A DNA stretch of 55,364 nt from Elusimicrobiota bacterium (GTDB lineage Bacteria > CG03), in the NCBI GenBank assembly GCA_034660675.1, contig JAYEJT010000074.1, forward strand, positions 1-55,364, given 5' to 3'. The translations under genes were made by a program, and so were the position numbers. The notes below the pieces were generated by a model. It made no database searches, had not been told where the DNA came from, and saw only the letters and a program-made list of their open reading frames with translations. The number at the start of each line of letters is the position of its first letter. Positions within the stretch are counted from its first letter, which is position 1. Of the stretch, positions 53,963-55,364 are shown piece by piece.

Positions 53963-55364
53963 GAGCGTATTATTTTTTCTGATACCTGTAGCCTTTTTCC
54001 CTTTTTTGAATGATTCTTTTGCTTTGCCGAAAGCTTTTCTTTTCTGGATGTTTGTTCCGCTTTTTTTTCTGACGGACGATTTTACCGCGGATAGAGAGGA
54101 AATACCCGTTTATTTTCTGGCGGGAATTTATTTTCTGCTGTCTCTTTTTTCAATATATCCCGCGCTCAGTTTCAAGGGGCTTTACAGATATTATTTCAGC
54201 GGTTTTTTCTCGCTTTTCGCGGGTCTTTCGTTATTCAGGATCTTGCGGAATTTTCCGGAAAAGGACGTTAAAAGACACATGTCTTTTCTGCTGCTCGCGG
54301 TTCTTCTGACATGCTCGGCGGTCTTTTTCGGACAGGGGAGAATTTCTTCCACATTCGGGAATCCGAATTTTTACGGCGGCGTGCTGGCGGCGCTGCTCCC
54401 GTATGCTCTGTATTGTTCGCTCTCAAAGAGGGTTTACGTGGTTCACCTGATATTTTTCGCGACAGCTCTTTTGATGACGTATTCCCGCGCTTCATGGGCG
54501 GGCAGTGCCGCGGGAATATTGTTCTTTGCTGCTGCCGGTAAGAAGGATGCCGCCTCCGGCCGGGCACGTGTCATTGCGGTACGGAATCTGCTTGCCGCGG
54601 CGGCCCTCATTTTTGCGGGGGCTTTGATCGTGGCGCCCGGGTTCGCGGCCGGAGTTTTTAAAAGAGCCGTTTCCGCGTTTGATCTGTCAGAGGCCGATAT
54701 CGTTTCAAGGTTTGAGGGATACACTGCGAGCATGGCGGTTTTCAGGGAAAAACCGTTGACCGGTTACGGCCCGGAAAGCTTTTCAATTCTTTTTCGTGCC
54801 CATGCTCCGGCCTCGTTTGTCAGGCAAACAGGGGGATTGGCTCATGCGGGTTACAGCCACTCTTATCCTCTGCAGATTCTCACCGAGACCGGCCTGGCGG
54901 GTTTGGGCGCCTGGGTTTTTCTAATATTCGTTCTTGTCAGGAAGGCGTTTGTTTCCCGGGAGCTCTTTAAAAAAGCCGCGGGGGCGGCTGTTACGGCGTT
55001 CTGTGTCACTAATTTATTCGCTTTTCCGTCTATCACCGAAATGCTTGTTTTCTGGTTCTCGGCCGCCGTGATATACGGTTTTCCGGCCGGTGGGCCGTCA
55101 CCGCGTGTAATGTTGCCGGCGTCTTTGACATTCCGTAAAAAGCGGTTTTTAACAGCGGTCAGATTTGCGATGGTTTCAGGTGCGCTGCTGATTTTATCAG
55201 CACCGCTGGTTTCGGAAGTATTTTTTACCGCGGGCGCGAAAACTTCATCCAGCGAGGAAGCGTATTCCCGCCTCCGGCGGGCGGCTTCTTTTTTTCCGGC
55301 TGATTATCATCTGATGAACGCCGGGAAAAGATGTTTACTGTTTTATGATGAGACCCTCTCTCCT
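53961..55364 (+). CDS. O-antigen ligase-like (Wzy_C) membrane protein, 3' partial (runs off the window); start uncertain (GTG 53961 or ATG 54048)
   Basis: The frame stays open to the window end and is absent from the ORF track because no stop is reached. Motifs GNPNFYGG, YSRASWAG and HAGYSHSYPLQILTETGLAG are typical of Wzy_C. It is a paralog of 5642-6970. Confidence 0.55.
   Translation, partial: MSVLFFLIPVAFFPFLNDSFALPKAFLFWMFVPLFFLTDDFTADREEIPVYFLAGIYFLLSLFSIYPALSFKGLYRYYFSGFFSLFAGLSLFRILRNFPEKDVKRHMSFLLLAVLLTCSAVFFGQGRISSTFGNPNFYGGVLAALLPYALYCSLSKRVYVVHLIFFATALLMTYSRASWAGSAAGILFFAAAGKKDAASGRARVIAVRNLLAAAALIFAGALIVAPGFAAGVFKRAVSAFDLSEADIVSRFEGYTASMAVFREKPLTGYGPESFSILFRAHAPASFVRQTGGLAHAGYSHSYPLQILTETGLAGLGAWVFLIFVLVRKAFVSRELFKKAAGAAVTAFCVTNLFAFPSITEMLVFWFSAAVIYGFPAGGPSPRVMLPASLTFRKKRFLTAVRFAMVSGALLILSAPLVSEVFFTAGAKTSSSEEAYSRLRRAASFFPADYHLMNAGKRCLLFYDETLSP

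Noticed and set aside
1-55364. CRISPR arrays, rRNA genes, transposases/integrases
   Set aside because: None were found. No regularly spaced direct repeats, no rRNA-like conserved blocks, and no DDE or tyrosine-recombinase ORFs are present in the window.

Overview
This 55.4-kb window looks like a chromosomal segment from a diderm bacterium of unresolved, probably uncultivated lineage. Reading forward, it holds a type IV pilus assembly operon (pilM-N-O-P, a small HTH gene, pilQ), then a TPR protein and an O-antigen-ligase-like membrane protein. The conserved tgt-yajC-secD-secF operon sits on the minus strand. A tRNA-Tyr/Gly/Thr-rpmG-tRNA-Trp cluster follows, then housekeeping genes (M16 peptidase, def-fmt, coaD, cstA, ndk, gpsA, hup, glgA). 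There is a PhoH2-PHP-unknown-ClpC operon and a pilT-pilT-cNMP-binding operon. A tRNA-Pro gene is interrupted or duplicated by a small GIY-YIG gene and followed by Fic, CorA and an RNase HII-like gene. The most striking region is the 3' third of the window. A sequence with the signature of a c-di-GMP-I (GEMM) riboswitch, with an intrinsic terminator, precedes five co-directional genes: an outer-membrane beta-barrel/TPR fusion, a natural FliF-FliG fusion with a TPR tail, a 1297-aa coiled-coil protein, MotA and MotB. No other flagellar genes are present in the window. This looks like a stator-driven envelope-spanning machine that is not a canonical flagellum and deserves experimental attention. 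A recurring promoter-N5-6-ATG arrangement also suggests several leaderless mRNAs. No CRISPR array, rRNA gene or obvious transposase was seen.
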